NCBI GenBank assembly: GCA_051439605.1
Contig: JBFRWN010000065.1
Span: forward strand, 1-64,000
Direction: 5' to 3'
Source: Synechococcus sp.
GTDB taxonomy: Bacteria; Cyanobacteriota; Cyanobacteriia; Thermostichales; PCC-7336
Length of the DNA: 64,000 bases
This document shows, piece after piece, positions 50,532 through 61,480 of the stretch. Made by a program: the position numbers and the translations under genes. The notes beneath the pieces are model-generated. The model was given only the letters and a program-made list of their open reading frames with translations. It was not told the DNA's origin and searched no databases. The first letter of the stretch is position 1, and the number at the start of each line of letters is the position of its first letter.

Positions 50532-50607
50532 GCAAAAAACGAGAGTTCAATTGATGAAGCTAGGATTGAGCTTGAGCGTCCGCCCAGCCTTGAGGAGAAC
50601 TCGAGTC

Positions 50608-50715
50608 TTATCCCTTACCCTGGCTAGCCGTTTGTACGTAGAGAAGTACCAAAAAAATTGAAGGGACAAACACTACTAGGATGAAAGCCAGCAGACCTAG
50701 ATAATTGGTTTCCAT
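50608..50715 (-). CDS. psbM: Photosystem II reaction centre protein M
   Basis: Manual translation [35 protein letters not shown] (35 aa); below the ORF-track cutoff. Confidence 0.93.
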   Translation of the reverse strand: METNYLGLLAFILVVFVPSIFLVLLYVQTASQGKG

Positions 50716-51050
50716 AAATCTGTGATTGAAAGCGCGACGGATTGCTTATAGGCTAACACCCCCTGCAGCTGGTTGATTCAGCACCTTCTGAAAATTAAGA
50801 AACATAACGCAGGATTACGTTCCCGGTAGAGAAGTCTCTACAAGTATCTTCCAAGGGTGACGATCCTGGATTTACCTTTAAGGACTCCCCTAATCTAGGT
50901 GGGTTGCCTACAACGTGTATGAGCAAGCGATGTGCGATCGAGCTTCAAAACGAAGTTAGGTTCAAGTCAATGCCGTAGAGAGCTATTCGCTGACCAGGCA
51001 TGTAATCTTACAGCTTGTTTTACAGTATTTCGTACAGCAAGGAGGGATTG

Positions 51051-52073
51051 ATGACAACTCGTGTAGCCATTAATGGATTTGGCCGTATCGGTCGGATGTT
51101 TTTGCGCAGTGTGATTCAAAAACCAGGTGATTTAGAAGTTGTTGCCATTAATGACTTGGCCGATCGCGAAAACCTTGCCTACCTTCTTTCCTACGACTCT
51201 GCTCAGGGGCCACTTAAGACAGCCGTAGCATTGTCAGAGGACGGTTTTATCGTCGGAGGTCAGCAGATTCGCTTATTGTCGGAACGGGACCCTGCCCAGC
51301 TTCCTTGGGCCCAAATGAACGTTGACATCGTAGTAGAAGCTACTGGGTTCTTCACGCAGCGTGACAAAGCAGCGCTACATCTGCAGGCAGGGGCTCGCAA
51401 AGTTATCATTTCTGCACCCGCCAAGAACCCCGACCTGACGGTAGTCATGGGGGTCAATGACGGCCAATACGATCCCAATCAGCATCACATTATTTCGAAT
51501 GCATCCTGTACCACTAACTGCTTAGCCCCTCTGGCCAAGGTGGTCATGGACAATTTCGGCATTGAAACCGGATTTCTTACTACCTGTCATGCATTCACCG
51601 CCACTCAAGGATTAATCGATCGGCCTGACAAGAAAGACATGCGCCGTGGTCGTTCCGCCGCCATGTCAATCGTTCCATCTTCCACCGGAGCCGCAACTGC
51701 GGTTGCCACAGTGTTACCTGAGTTGGCGGGGAAACTAGACGGCATGGCATTGCGAGTGCCAACCGTTACTGGTTCCGTAGTTGACTTTGTGGTGCGTACC
51801 GAAAAGCAAATTTCTATCGATTTACTCAGTGCAGCATTGCGCAGTGCCGCCAGCGGATCCATGCTAGGAGTGCTTGGGATCGCCCCATCGAATATGGTGT
51901 CCTGCGACATCATCGGCAATCCCTTATCTTCCATCGTTGACATTCAATCCACGATGGTGCTTGGGGAATACACAGCCAAGATTCTCTCCTGGTATGACAA
52001 CGAGTTTGGCTATGCTTCTCGGGTGAAAGACTTGGCGCAAATGGTGGGAGCCAAGCTGGCCGTAACGGTTTAG
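51051..52073 (+). CDS. gap: Type I glyceraldehyde-3-phosphate dehydrogenase
   Basis: INGFGRIGR, SNASCTTNCLAP, PSSTGAA, RVPT, WYDNE; AGGAGG RBS. Confidence 0.95.
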   Translation: MTTRVAINGFGRIGRMFLRSVIQKPGDLEVVAINDLADRENLAYLLSYDSAQGPLKTAVALSEDGFIVGGQQIRLLSERDPAQLPWAQMNVDIVVEATGFFTQRDKAALHLQAGARKVIISAPAKNPDLTVVMGVNDGQYDPNQHHIISNASCTTNCLAPLAKVVMDNFGIETGFLTTCHAFTATQGLIDRPDKKDMRRGRSAAMSIVPSSTGAATAVATVLPELAGKLDGMALRVPTVTGSVVDFVVRTEKQISIDLLSAALRSAASGSMLGVLGIAPSNMVSCDIIGNPLSSIVDIQSTMVLGEYTAKILSWYDNEFGYASRVKDLAQMVGAKLAVTV

Positions 52074-52454
52074 CAAAATTTTGGAAATGGGCTAAGGGTC
52101 GCGTTATGGTAATCGGCAGCTGGCTTGCATTTCTCTGCCATCCAGTTCCTTTGCCGGGCAATAGTGTTGCTGCCCTAATGAAATAGCTGCATCTATAAGC
52201 TGTAGAAACGAGCGATGGCCTTTCAGGTGTTCGGTGCTCGTTTTGCGATCCTTACCTTTGTAGAGCAAAGCCTACGCGCCAATACAGCGATTCGGTTTAA
52301 GCAATCCCCCCTGCAGCTCCTATACGCCTCTAGCGAGTGACAAATTCAGTCTTTACCTTTGCACTTGTAGTGATTCACTCGCAGGCGCTCGATGCCCCCA
52401 TTCAGTCCCACTACAATGATGTGAAGTGCACCTGCATAAGAGGTACAAAGCGCC

Positions 52455-52934
52455 GTGATAAGGAATAGTTCGATGGTTCAAGAGCGGCTGCTAGCCTGCT
52501 TACCCTACATCCTGCCAATGGTTCAAGCGTTACCGTTGGGGATGGACTTATACCGAAGAGTTCCACTCATCGGCCAGCTTGTCAGACCGCTATTTCCCCT
52601 CTTTCCAATTCTCGAAGGTAACTTTCTTATCAGCTTAGCCATCTTCTTCGGATTGTTGTTCGGCGTTGTGCGAAATCGCTCGATTGGCCGGTTCATTCGC
52701 TTCAACACGATGCAAGCTTTGCTAATGGTTATCGGTCTCAGTCTGCTGCAGATCCTATTTGGAGCTTTAGTGCCAATACTTCGAGGCCTGGGTCCGCTGA
52801 CAACAACTATGGCTTCCGGACTATTTTTACTGACCTTTGGGTTGTCTATTTACGCGTTTGTCCAAAATCTGCAGGGTAAGTACACAGACATTCCGGTTCT
52901 CTCGCAAGCAGCTGAGAGTCAAGTCGGCTATTAA
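52455..52934 (+). CDS. Tic20/Ycf60 family membrane protein
   Basis: ERLLACLPY.LP, FF.L..GVVRN..I.RFIRFNTMQALL, G.Y.DIP.LS.A..Q. Confidence 0.88.
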   Translation: MIRNSSMVQERLLACLPYILPMVQALPLGMDLYRRVPLIGQLVRPLFPLFPILEGNFLISLAIFFGLLFGVVRNRSIGRFIRFNTMQALLMVIGLSLLQILFGALVPILRGLGPLTTTMASGLFLLTFGLSIYAFVQNLQGKYTDIPVLSQAAESQVGY

Positions 52935-53038
52935 GCCAGCAGCAAATTAGTGGTATGCATATTAGCCTTAAACCACGCGATTACACCCTTCAGCCTGTTA
53001 TCGACTGGCCCCGATCGACAGCATGACTTGGTACGGTA

Positions 53039-53087
53039 TGAGATAGTGCCATGCTGAGGACATTGCCATGATGAGACAGTGCCATCT
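53039..53087 (+). repeat. Three tandem imperfect 16-17 bp repeats
   Basis: TGAGATAGTGCCATGC / TGAGGACATTGCCATGA / TGAGACAGTGCCATCT. Confidence 0.7.
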
Positions 53088-53142
53088 TTAAGGAGGGTTA
53101 GCAGTTTCCACGATAAAAAGGTATGAGATATTGTTGAAATCG

Positions 53143-53169
53143 GGAACTAAAGTTTTCTTCGGTGCGTCT
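53143..53169 (+). promoter_or_regulatory. Putative ECF (SigG) autoregulatory promoter
   Basis: GGAACT-N17-GTCT about 80 nt upstream of sigG. Confidence 0.6.
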
Positions 53170-53250
53170 TAAAGACAAGTGTGAATATTACTGCATCAGA
53201 TGCAGTTGTAGGTAGCGCTAGAAACCTACGTACCGGAGCATTCATTCTAT

Positions 53251-53907
53251 ATGAGCGAAGCTTCATCTTTGACTTGGTCACAATCCATTGCGCAGTCTAG
53301 GCGACCTCTACCGCCAGCCAACTTAACGACGTTGGAGTTAATTGTTTCCTGTCAGTCAACGCTACGTCCTAACAAACCGGCATTTGCCGAACTGATTCGT
53401 CGCCATCAGTCAGATGTAGATCGTATCTTGTACCACTTGGCCCCAGATTGGAACGATCGCCATGACTTAGCCCAAGAGGTATGGTTAAGGGCATTCCGTA
53501 ATCTGCGTCGATTGAAGGATCCAGCAAAGTTTAAGGGATGGCTCAACCGCATCGCCACTAATTTGTTTTATGACGAATTGCGCAAGCGTAAACGTAATCG
53601 CCGCCCTCTTTCGTTAGATGCTCAAATTCCCGTCAACGATGGGGCAATCGATTGGGAATTGCCAAGCGAAGCCATCAGCCCGGATGAAGCTCTCAGCACC
53701 CAAGAATTTTACGAGCACCTGCATAGAGCGGTACAGGAGCTACCGGATGCTTTTCGACAAACCATTGTACTGCGAGAGATTCAGGGGTTGCCCTACGAAG
53801 ACATTGCTGAAATCACTAATGTCTCTTTGGGAACTGTAAAGTCACGCATTGCTAGAGCGCGTACGCGATTGCAAGCTATGCTAAAACCCTATTTAGAGGG
53901 TAAATGA
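53251..53907 (+). CDS. sigG: ECF RNA polymerase sigma factor
   Basis: LYHLAPDW..R.DLAQEVW.R, F.GWL.RIATNLFYDELRKRKR, IVLREIQGL.Y..IA..T.VSLGTVKSRIARAR. Confidence 0.92.
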   Translation: MSEASSLTWSQSIAQSRRPLPPANLTTLELIVSCQSTLRPNKPAFAELIRRHQSDVDRILYHLAPDWNDRHDLAQEVWLRAFRNLRRLKDPAKFKGWLNRIATNLFYDELRKRKRNRRPLSLDAQIPVNDGAIDWELPSEAISPDEALSTQEFYEHLHRAVQELPDAFRQTIVLREIQGLPYEDIAEITNVSLGTVKSRIARARTRLQAMLKPYLEGK

Positions 53908-53923
53908 GGAGGGTCACTATCTG

Positions 53924-54490
53924 ATGAAACATCGACCCAGACAACACCTGTCTTCATTTGAGCCAGATGAAACAAGGTGGGAGCTGTTAAGTGCCTATAT
54001 TGATGGAGAGTTAACTGCTCCTGAACGCCAACAGGTGGAGCAATGGTTGCAATCTGATTCGAGATATCAGCAAGATTGCCGAAACTTTATGCGACTAAAG
54101 CATGGGCTCTCTAACGTATCCGTGCCCTCTACAGCAACCACAGCCAGTGTTTCTGGCAATGAAGTGGCCGAACGAGTTTTGGAAGAATTGGATCGATCTC
54201 CGCTAACTGCGTTTGTTTCTCCTAAAGTCGCTCGGCGTTGTGCCCAAGTCGCAGCTGGCTTAGCACTGCTCATCGGTGGAGGAGTGTTTTGGCAACTCAA
54301 TCAAAATCAGTCTCATCAACTAGCCGTTTCGATCGACCAGCCTCTCGTTGAAATTCCAGACGATCTACCCTCCGATCCATCCATTGAGGCTTTTTCCTCC
54401 GAGCTGGTGTCTACGGATGAAGCTAAGTTATACCTGCTTTCGCCAAGCAGCTCTGACGACGCATATTCCATTCTATTGACTGACGGTTAG
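53924..54490 (+). CDS. Membrane-anchored anti-sigma factor (SapG-like)
   Basis: ELLSAYIDGE.T..ERQQVEQWL N-terminal domain, one TM; directly after sigG. Confidence 0.82.
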   Translation: MKHRPRQHLSSFEPDETRWELLSAYIDGELTAPERQQVEQWLQSDSRYQQDCRNFMRLKHGLSNVSVPSTATTASVSGNEVAERVLEELDRSPLTAFVSPKVARRCAQVAAGLALLIGGGVFWQLNQNQSHQLAVSIDQPLVEIPDDLPSDPSIEAFSSELVSTDEAKLYLLSPSSSDDAYSILLTDG

Positions 54491-54681
54491 ACAAATGAAT
54501 AGAGTTTCTAACTAGTAAGCCTGAGTTTGTTAGGAATCCCCGTTATCTTAGGAAAATAGGATTAGTCCGAGACACAAGACTCGTCGTTCAAATTCTTTTC
54601 GGTGCGTCCCTGACGTGTCTATCACTAACGTGTCAGAGGATATCAGCACATATTCTGTTCCCTTGGTTATGTTCTTGTCTC

Positions 54682-55266
54682 ATGCTTTTCTCTGCGGCCT
54701 CTAGATTACAGTCGATCTCTAAGTTAAAAGCGATCGTCCGCACTATTGAGGCGTATCTTTACAGCGATGTGGCAGGAGCGATCTTGGTGGCTAGCGTCCT
54801 GGGGATATCTGTAGGCTCTTCCGCTCCGGCACAAACTATGCCACCAGTAGGCGAGCTGTCTGACCCTGTCACGAACCGTCTTCTTGAATCCGAGGGGGCT
54901 AACAAACTTTTGTCGGAATTAGAGTTAAATAGTTTACCTCAGCCCCTCAAGCCTTTCCCCTTACTCGATTTAGAGCTTCTCATCCTGCTGCCTAACACTG
55001 AAACCATCGCGTGGCTAGATCGACAATTTGCTGCAGCTGTAGCTCCCATCAATGCCCGCATTGAATTTCGTCAGGATCTGCTGTTGCAACTGCTCAGCGA
55101 ACCTAACACTAGCGATCATCAAATTCGTCAAGCGCAATTGATACTCAGTCAGTTGCGGGCGGAAAGAGATCGAATGGCCATAGAGCATTTACTGCTAGTG
55201 CGCCAATTAAGTGATGACGGTAAGCTACCTCGTCCATCCGAGCAACCCCTGGTAAGACTGGATTAG
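54682..55266 (+). CDS. Exported helical protein, Spy/CpxP-like
   Basis: Signal-like hydrophobic segment; helical C-half (LLQLL.EP...QIRQ.Q..L.QLR...LL.VRQL); follows the sigma/anti-sigma pair. Confidence 0.5.
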   Translation: MLFSAASRLQSISKLKAIVRTIEAYLYSDVAGAILVASVLGISVGSSAPAQTMPPVGELSDPVTNRLLESEGANKLLSELELNSLPQPLKPFPLLDLELLILLPNTETIAWLDRQFAAAVAPINARIEFRQDLLLQLLSEPNTSDHQIRQAQLILSQLRAERDRMAIEHLLLVRQLSDDGKLPRPSEQPLVRLD

Positions 55267-55390
55267 CTGATTGGCAGGTGCTTAAGCTAAAACTGTCAAG
55301 GTCAAGAAAACCTCACGAGCGTATCCAAAGATAGGGGTTTTGTGGATAAAAGTTACTGAACGAACTTGACGTCTACTATTTCTGCTCACC

Positions 55391-55603
55391 TTATCTCCGG
55401 CTATTGGCTCGAATCCACTCTCTGCCCCCCCACTCAGCAGCGGTAGGGTTAGAAAATATGCGATCTCCATGGTAGATAAACCCCGAACTGTTCATAACCT
55501 CGAAGTGACAGCCATGACAATCGCTGAAACATAGCAACATGTAGTCTCCAGTAGCTATTACCAGGTGGATTCTCACATTCACAGGTGGCATTCCCTTGCC
55601 CAT
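55391..55603 (-). CDS. Small hypothetical protein
   Basis: 70-aa ORF ending F.V....G......IF..P.AAE..GREWI, resembling small cyanobacterial hypothetical proteins. Confidence 0.4.
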   Translation of the reverse strand: MGKGMPPVNVRIHLVIATGDYMLLCFSDCHGCHFEVMNSSGFIYHGDRIFSNPTAAEWGGREWIRANSRR

Positions 55604-56187
55604 CTGGGCTGCAGGGGGTCTTCTTAAACCATACTGGCTTTTACTGACAATTTTTATTTTTTCTTAAGTAACTGTTGCTGATAGGGCTGATGTGAAAATA
55701 ATTCCTCATTGCGAAATAACGCTCTGGTTGATGCTGGAACTCTGGACGACCCATAGAGTTCGATTCCGCATTTCTTTCAATCAAAAGAGCGATCTCAGCC
55801 AAAATCATTACTCAAAGGACTTTCAAGAGAGCAGTTGAGGACAGCAAGCTCAATGAGAAGGGGAGCAGGCGAGCGAAATCTCGATCCTAAAATTCCCACA
55901 AATAACTGTAGTAATTTCACACAGGGTAGTGGAACTCAACTGAACAGGATTTGCGGGGGTGTGAAATTACCACGCAGCTGGAATTTCTATCGATCGCCAT
56001 AGAGTCAGTTGACAAACAGAGTTAGGGACTCTACTGGTATGTTGCCAGCAGCCATCTAGGTCGATGCCGCCACCAATCGCTACAACAATTATCACTCTTC
56101 AAAGAGCTAGCGATTGTCTGACAGCCATCGCAGTCCAACCAGCTTATTATTGGGCTGGCTCTTACCGGCATTCTGACAAGTCCCCAT

Positions 56188-56493
56188 TCACCGACGATGG
56201 CGAGATCGAGACCGAACTGTTAAGCCAATCTGGATGAGTTGGAATATGCTCGCAACCTGTTGTGAAAGCTGCTTTATTTTCTGGTTGCTGTTGAAAATCA
56301 GCTGATTGAGTCGATCGAACCGATCTGGAACTAACTCTAAAGGCTGGGCTGCGATATAACGACGATCGAAAAAGCGCTGAGCACTTTTGAGCCATCGGGG
56401 TAATTTGAGGACTACCCGTAGCACCCGAAACAATAGCAAAAGAAAGCCGAAATTAAATGCCACAACGGCGATCGCCCAAAGATTAACCGGCAT
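56188..56493 (-). CDS. Hypothetical single-TM protein
   Basis: N-terminal TM followed by an amphipathic/coiled region. Confidence 0.55.
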   Translation of the reverse strand: MPVNLWAIAVVAFNFGFLLLLFRVLRVVLKLPRWLKSAQRFFDRRYIAAQPLELVPDRFDRLNQLIFNSNQKIKQLSQQVASIFQLIQIGLTVRSRSRHRR

Positions 56494-56543
56494 ATTTATG
56501 CAGCCCTCTATAAATCCTGCCGAAGTATATTCATACTGTTTGA

Positions 56544-57290
56544 GTGGTGTTGACGGTTGTTGCTTTGAGCCCCTCAGACTGTATAGCTATCATCGTACCG
56601 ACCTATCAAGAGGAAGGCTCCATTGCGACCTGCCTGCAAAGCTTGCAGGGACAGACACCTCCTTTTGAAATTATTGTCGCGGATGGTGGTTCCACCGACC
56701 GCACCCAAGCAATTGCCTTCAGCCAACGGGTCTTGAGCTCGGCCGGAGATACAGTCCCAATTCAGGTACTGCAATCCCCCTATCGGGCTAGAGCATTGCA
56801 GATGAACTTCGGGGCTCAACAGACCCGCGCGAATATTTTGCTCTTTCTGCATGCAGATTCTTTGTTGCCAGAAAAGGCGCTGCAAGCTGTCCGACAGGCG
56901 ATGCTCTCCCCACAAACGGTAGGAGGTCGATTCAGTGTAGACCTGGATCGGCCAGGTTGGCCCTACAACGCTATCTCCTGGGGCATCAATGTGCGTTCGC
57001 GCATCACCGGTTTGTTTACTGGAGATATGGGGATTTTCGTGCGGCGATCTCTATTCGAGCAACTGGGTGGATATCCAGATCAACCTCTTATGGAAGATTT
57101 TGAACTCTCCCGGCAGCTGCAAAAGCTGGGCTCGGTGGCCTACTTAACCAATCGAATTGTCACCTCTAGCCGCCGCTGGCAACAAGATGGTCCCTGGAAA
57201 ACCGTGGCATTGATGCAAATGATTCGAGCCGGCTACCAGGCCGGTATCTCCTCTGAACAACTGGCCCGCTGGTATCGAACTATTCGCTAA
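56544..57290 (+). CDS. TIGR04283-like GT2 glycosyltransferase
   Basis: IVP.YQEE, ADGGSTD.T, RA.QMN.GA, LFLHADS.LP, GD.GIFVRR..F..LGG, PLMED, TSSRRW. Confidence 0.87.
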   Translation: MVLTVVALSPSDCIAIIVPTYQEEGSIATCLQSLQGQTPPFEIIVADGGSTDRTQAIAFSQRVLSSAGDTVPIQVLQSPYRARALQMNFGAQQTRANILLFLHADSLLPEKALQAVRQAMLSPQTVGGRFSVDLDRPGWPYNAISWGINVRSRITGLFTGDMGIFVRRSLFEQLGGYPDQPLMEDFELSRQLQKLGSVAYLTNRIVTSSRRWQQDGPWKTVALMQMIRAGYQAGISSEQLARWYRTIR

Positions 57291-57508
57291 TCTGCGTTCT
57301 GTCAGAATCACCAGTTAACCCTCAAATCTTAGACTGGTCTGTCTTAGCTACACTCGAAAGACGATTTGGCCCTGAAAAACAACTGGCAAGATACGGCCCT
57401 ATTACGCTTGTTATTCAGGCCATCTACAAATTGTTGGAATCTTGTCCGTAAGAGGGCTTTTGAACAGGTGTTCCAACACGAACAAACCGGTTCCCAATCC
57501 ATGAAAAT

Positions 57509-58504
57509 CTAAACCTTCATTGCTCCACGAGGATCGTAGGACTGAACCTGCTGCAGCTTCTCGTATAGTTCGCGTTCCGCTGGAGTGATCGTACTCGGCA
57601 CATTTACCTGAATCACCACAAACTGGTCGCCGCGGATCCCCTTTCCTTTTGGAAATCCTTTGCTCCCCAGCCGCATTTTTTGGCCGGACTGCACCCCCGC
57701 TGGCAAATTCAGCTTGACTGATCCATCCAATGTAGGCACCTCCACGGGTCCCCCTAAGGCTGCTTCGCTGGGGGAGATCGGCAAATTGCAATAGATATCC
57801 GCCCCTTCTAGGCGAAAAAAGGCGTGCGGCTTTATCTCAACTTTTAGATACAGGTCTCCTTGCCCACCGCTCGGGTTGGGGTGACCCTGTCCCCGCAAGC
57901 GAATCTTCTTGCCATCCGTTACCCCAGCTGGAATATTAATCTCTAGGGTGCGCGAGCCTTCAACCCGCAGGCGGCGCTTGCCCCCCGCATAGGCTTCAGG
58001 AATCGTTAACGGAATGGACGCTTCAGCGTTATAACTGGGCTGGGACCGACCCCCCCTCGGAGCCCCCACATTGCCGAATCCCGAAGTTCCAAAACCAGAA
58101 CCGCCAAATCCAACTCCTGGGCCGTAGCCGCCGCCGCTGCCTCCCATACGCCCCAGCAGTTGATCGATGAAATCTTGGAAGTCATCGAACTGGCTAAAAT
58201 CAACCGTCTGGCCCACAGCAGGATCGAAATCCCCAAAGGGGCTGCCGGCAGCCCGACCTCCACCTCGGAAGCCACCCTGGTTGAAATACTGACCAAATTG
58301 ATCGTACTGTTGGCGCTTTTTTCTGTCGGAGAGTACTTCGTAGGCTTCGCTGACATCTTTGAATTTATTTTCTGCCCCTTTATCTCCAGGGTTAACATCG
58401 GGGTGATATTTGCGGGCTAGCTTGCGGAATGCACCTTTAATCTCTTCGTTACTAGCACTGCGACCCACCCCCAAAATTTTGTAGTAGTCCTTAAAATTTT
58501 GCAT
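57509..58504 (-). CDS. Class B J-domain protein (CbpA/DnaJ-like, no zinc finger)
   Basis: J domain with HPD, G/F-rich linker, DnaJ C-terminal domain. Confidence 0.93.
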   Translation of the reverse strand: MQNFKDYYKILGVGRSASNEEIKGAFRKLARKYHPDVNPGDKGAENKFKDVSEAYEVLSDRKKRQQYDQFGQYFNQGGFRGGGRAAGSPFGDFDPAVGQTVDFSQFDDFQDFIDQLLGRMGGSGGGYGPGVGFGGSGFGTSGFGNVGAPRGGRSQPSYNAEASIPLTIPEAYAGGKRRLRVEGSRTLEINIPAGVTDGKKIRLRGQGHPNPSGGQGDLYLKVEIKPHAFFRLEGADIYCNLPISPSEAALGGPVEVPTLDGSVKLNLPAGVQSGQKMRLGSKGFPKGKGIRGDQFVVIQVNVPSTITPAERELYEKLQQVQSYDPRGAMKV

Positions 58505-58675
58505 TTCGTCTTCCTCAACAACCGACGAGACGGATTGTGGGTCTCATCTCTACTACTCAATCAAACCGAAAGATTCGATCGAAGTGAGGGGATGAGGGCT
58601 TGCCAGCACACAACCAGCCAAGCGATCCCACCCACCCAATACTCAAGCTCATGATCCCTTCGTCCAAGCACTTAC

Positions 58676-58718
58676 AAAAACGGGGCATGCCGTTTGTCAT
58701 GTCAACAAGCACGCCCCG
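58676..58718 (-). terminator. Intrinsic terminator after dnaK
   Basis: - strand CGGGGCGTGC-N18-GCATGCCCCG-TTTTT. Confidence 0.65.
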
Positions 58719-58811
58719 CTTCGAAATCATTAGCTCAAGAAACGGCCATCCCGAGATTTCTCTTTTTCAAGCACGAGTCTCGAGACACTGCAAAGCTACA
58801 CAACAAGCGCT

Positions 58812-60719
58812 TTAGCTTTCGGTGAACTCAGCATCGATGACATCTTCTTCGCCACCGCTGGCACCGCCACCTGGGGCGTCAGCACCGGGGGCACCAGCCG
58901 CTGCACCCTCTGGAGCCGCCTGTTGATACAGTTCGCTGCTGATGGCATACAGAGCTTCTTGGAGAGCAGTCTCCTTCGCCTGAATGGCATCGTCATCTTC
59001 TTTTTGAATGGCATCCCGCAATTCAACGATTAGAGTTTGCAGGTTGTCTTTCTTGTCGGCAGGAATCTTATCGCCATTATCAGCAATCTGCTTTTCTGCT
59101 TGATAAGCCAAGCTGTCGGCACGGTTACGACGCTCAATTTTCTCGCGGCGCTCTTTATCTTCATCCGCGAATTTCTCGGCTTCGGACACCATTCGATCGA
59201 CCTCAGCATTGTCGAGGGTGGATGCACCTGTGATGGAGATGCTCTGCTCCTTACCGGTTCCCTTGTCTTTAGCAGATACGTTGAGCAGACCGTTGGCATC
59301 AATGTCAAACGTAACTTCAATTTGAGGGACGCCGCGGGGAGCAGGGGGAATGCCGTCTAGTTTGAATCGACCCAGAGACTTATTGTCCCGAGCCATTTCG
59401 CGCTCGCCCTGAATGACATGAATTTCTACAGAGGACTGGCCGTCTTCTGCAGTGGAGAAGGTCTCGGACTTGCGGGTAGGAACGGTGGTGTTACGGGGGA
59501 TGAGTTTAGTAGACACTCCACCAAGGGTCTCAACACCTAGAGACAGAGGGGTCACATCCAGCAGGAGAACGTCCTTGACTTCACCCGCAAGAACACCCGC
59601 TTGGATTGCAGCACCGACAGCAACCACCTCATCGGGGTTTACAGACTCGTTGGCGTCTTTGCCAATCAAGTCCTTAACCAGAGTCTTGACAGCAGGAATC
59701 CGGGTAGAACCACCCACCAGAACCACTTCATCGATGTCAGACTTACTCAGCTTGGCATCGGCGATCGCCTGTTCGACAGGATGGCGAATGCGATCGAAGA
59801 GGCCGGAGGAGATTTTCTCGAACTGGGCACGGGATAGTTTCAGGTCGAGATGCTTGGGACCTTCAGCAGTCGCAGTAATGAAGGGCAGGTTGATACTGGT
59901 TTCTGCAACGCTGGACAGCTCTATTTTGGCTTTTTCAGCTGCTTCGGTCAGCCGCTGCAGTGCTTGACGATCCTTAAGCAGATCGACACCTTCCAGCTTT
60001 TGGAATTCATCGGCCAGCCAGTCCACGATCGCCTTATCGAAGTCATCCCCCCCCAATTGGGTATCGCCGCTGGTGGACTTCACTTCAAAGACGCCATCGC
60101 CCACTTCTAGGACGGAAACGTCGAAAGTACCGCCTCCAAGGTCAAATACGAGAATCATCTCGTTGCTCTTGCGGTCAAGGCCGTAAGCCAAAGATGCAGC
60201 TGTAGGCTCGTTGATAATGCGCTTGACTTCTAAACCGGCAATGCGGCCAGCGTCTTTCGTTGCTTGACGTTGAGAGTCATTGAAATAGGCGGGAACGGTA
60301 ATCACAGCCTCGGTCACAGTCTGACCTAGGTACTTACTGGCTTCGTCCACCAGCTTGCGCAGCACCATGGCCGAAATTTCTTCGGGGGCAAATTCTTTTC
60401 CTTGGCGCGGGCAATTGATCTTGACGTTTCCCTTGGAGTCCTTGATTGCTTTGTAAGGAATCTCCAGAGTTTGGGGATTGAGTTCGTCGTACTTGCGACC
60501 GATAAATCGCTTAACAGAAAAGAATGTATTTTCGGGGTTGAGGACCGCTTGACGGCGGGCCATTTGACCGACCAAACGATCGCCATCTTTGCTGAAACCA
60601 ACAACAGAGGGGGTGGTGCGGGTACCTTCTGCGTTTGCAATAACGGTGGGCTGTCCCCCTTCCATTACTGCAACCACCGAGTTGGTGGTACCTAAGTCAA
60701 TTCCGACTACTTTGCCCAT
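58812..60719 (-). CDS. dnaK: Chaperone DnaK
   Basis: [25 protein letters not shown], ends [19 protein letters not shown] before ATG 60719. Confidence 0.97.
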   Translation of the reverse strand: MGKVVGIDLGTTNSVVAVMEGGQPTVIANAEGTRTTPSVVGFSKDGDRLVGQMARRQAVLNPENTFFSVKRFIGRKYDELNPQTLEIPYKAIKDSKGNVKINCPRQGKEFAPEEISAMVLRKLVDEASKYLGQTVTEAVITVPAYFNDSQRQATKDAGRIAGLEVKRIINEPTAASLAYGLDRKSNEMILVFDLGGGTFDVSVLEVGDGVFEVKSTSGDTQLGGDDFDKAIVDWLADEFQKLEGVDLLKDRQALQRLTEAAEKAKIELSSVAETSINLPFITATAEGPKHLDLKLSRAQFEKISSGLFDRIRHPVEQAIADAKLSKSDIDEVVLVGGSTRIPAVKTLVKDLIGKDANESVNPDEVVAVGAAIQAGVLAGEVKDVLLLDVTPLSLGVETLGGVSTKLIPRNTTVPTRKSETFSTAEDGQSSVEIHVIQGEREMARDNKSLGRFKLDGIPPAPRGVPQIEVTFDIDANGLLNVSAKDKGTGKEQSISITGASTLDNAEVDRMVSEAEKFADEDKERREKIERRNRADSLAYQAEKQIADNGDKIPADKKDNLQTLIVELRDAIQKEDDDAIQAKETALQEALYAISSELYQQAAPEGAAAGAPGADAPGGGASGGEEDVIDAEFTES

Positions 60720-61480
60720 AAATTTCAGCCCTCCTAGCGGCTGCAATGATCGTGTTGGGGAGTTAAAGCTGATGAATCGAGCTGGCCTAATCGAGGAAGC
60801 CCCGAACTCAGCGATAATACTCGGCACAAGCGCTAGAGGTGGCGCTGGGGCTGGCTGAACTGTTTGGAGGGAGAGATTTGCCCACGCTGAATCGCTTAAG
60901 GCAATTTCTTTCACAGCAATCTCTGGTTTACAAGGGGCGATCGCTTATTCATCGCGAACTTAAGAGTGCCACCGTCAAAACCGAGTTCAGCTCGACGAGA
61001 TTAATTGCATGATAGAAAAGCGGCATGGGGGAGTCTGTAGAGATAACCCCACCTTGATTGTGGTGATTCCCTTGAAGGCAGGCTCAGAAGAGCCGCTTGC
61101 AGGCTCAGTAGGCTTGGGTAGAGAACTAGCTTTTGGGGTTTTGGTTAGGACATTAGGATTTAGGCCCAGTCAGGGGGTAACCGATCGGACTTCTCAGGCA
61201 CTTGACGGGATCGACTGGTTTGTCCACCGAAATTTAATCTGAACTTCAACGCATCTAGAGGCAAAACGGCACAAGCTTGTAGTTGACCTAGCCGCGAATT
61301 GCGGGTGTAACCTGCAGCACACTGAAAAACTCCACACGATCGAGATGCTGGTATCCCAGCTGTAAAGCTGATGCTTCAGCAACAAAGCTTGGGAGATCTT
61401 TGACTGACATCAGCAATCAATAGACTTTCATCGATCGGCAGTCCATCAATAAGGGCAATAGCCCGCAGAAAAGGAGGAGA

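Noticed and set aside
60720..60914. 65-aa N-terminal extension of DnaK
   Set aside because: A strong AGGAGG precedes the canonical [10 protein letters not shown] start at 60719.
60920..61480. Short ORFs between dnaK and pgl
   Set aside because: No RBS or motif support; most likely a divergent promoter region.
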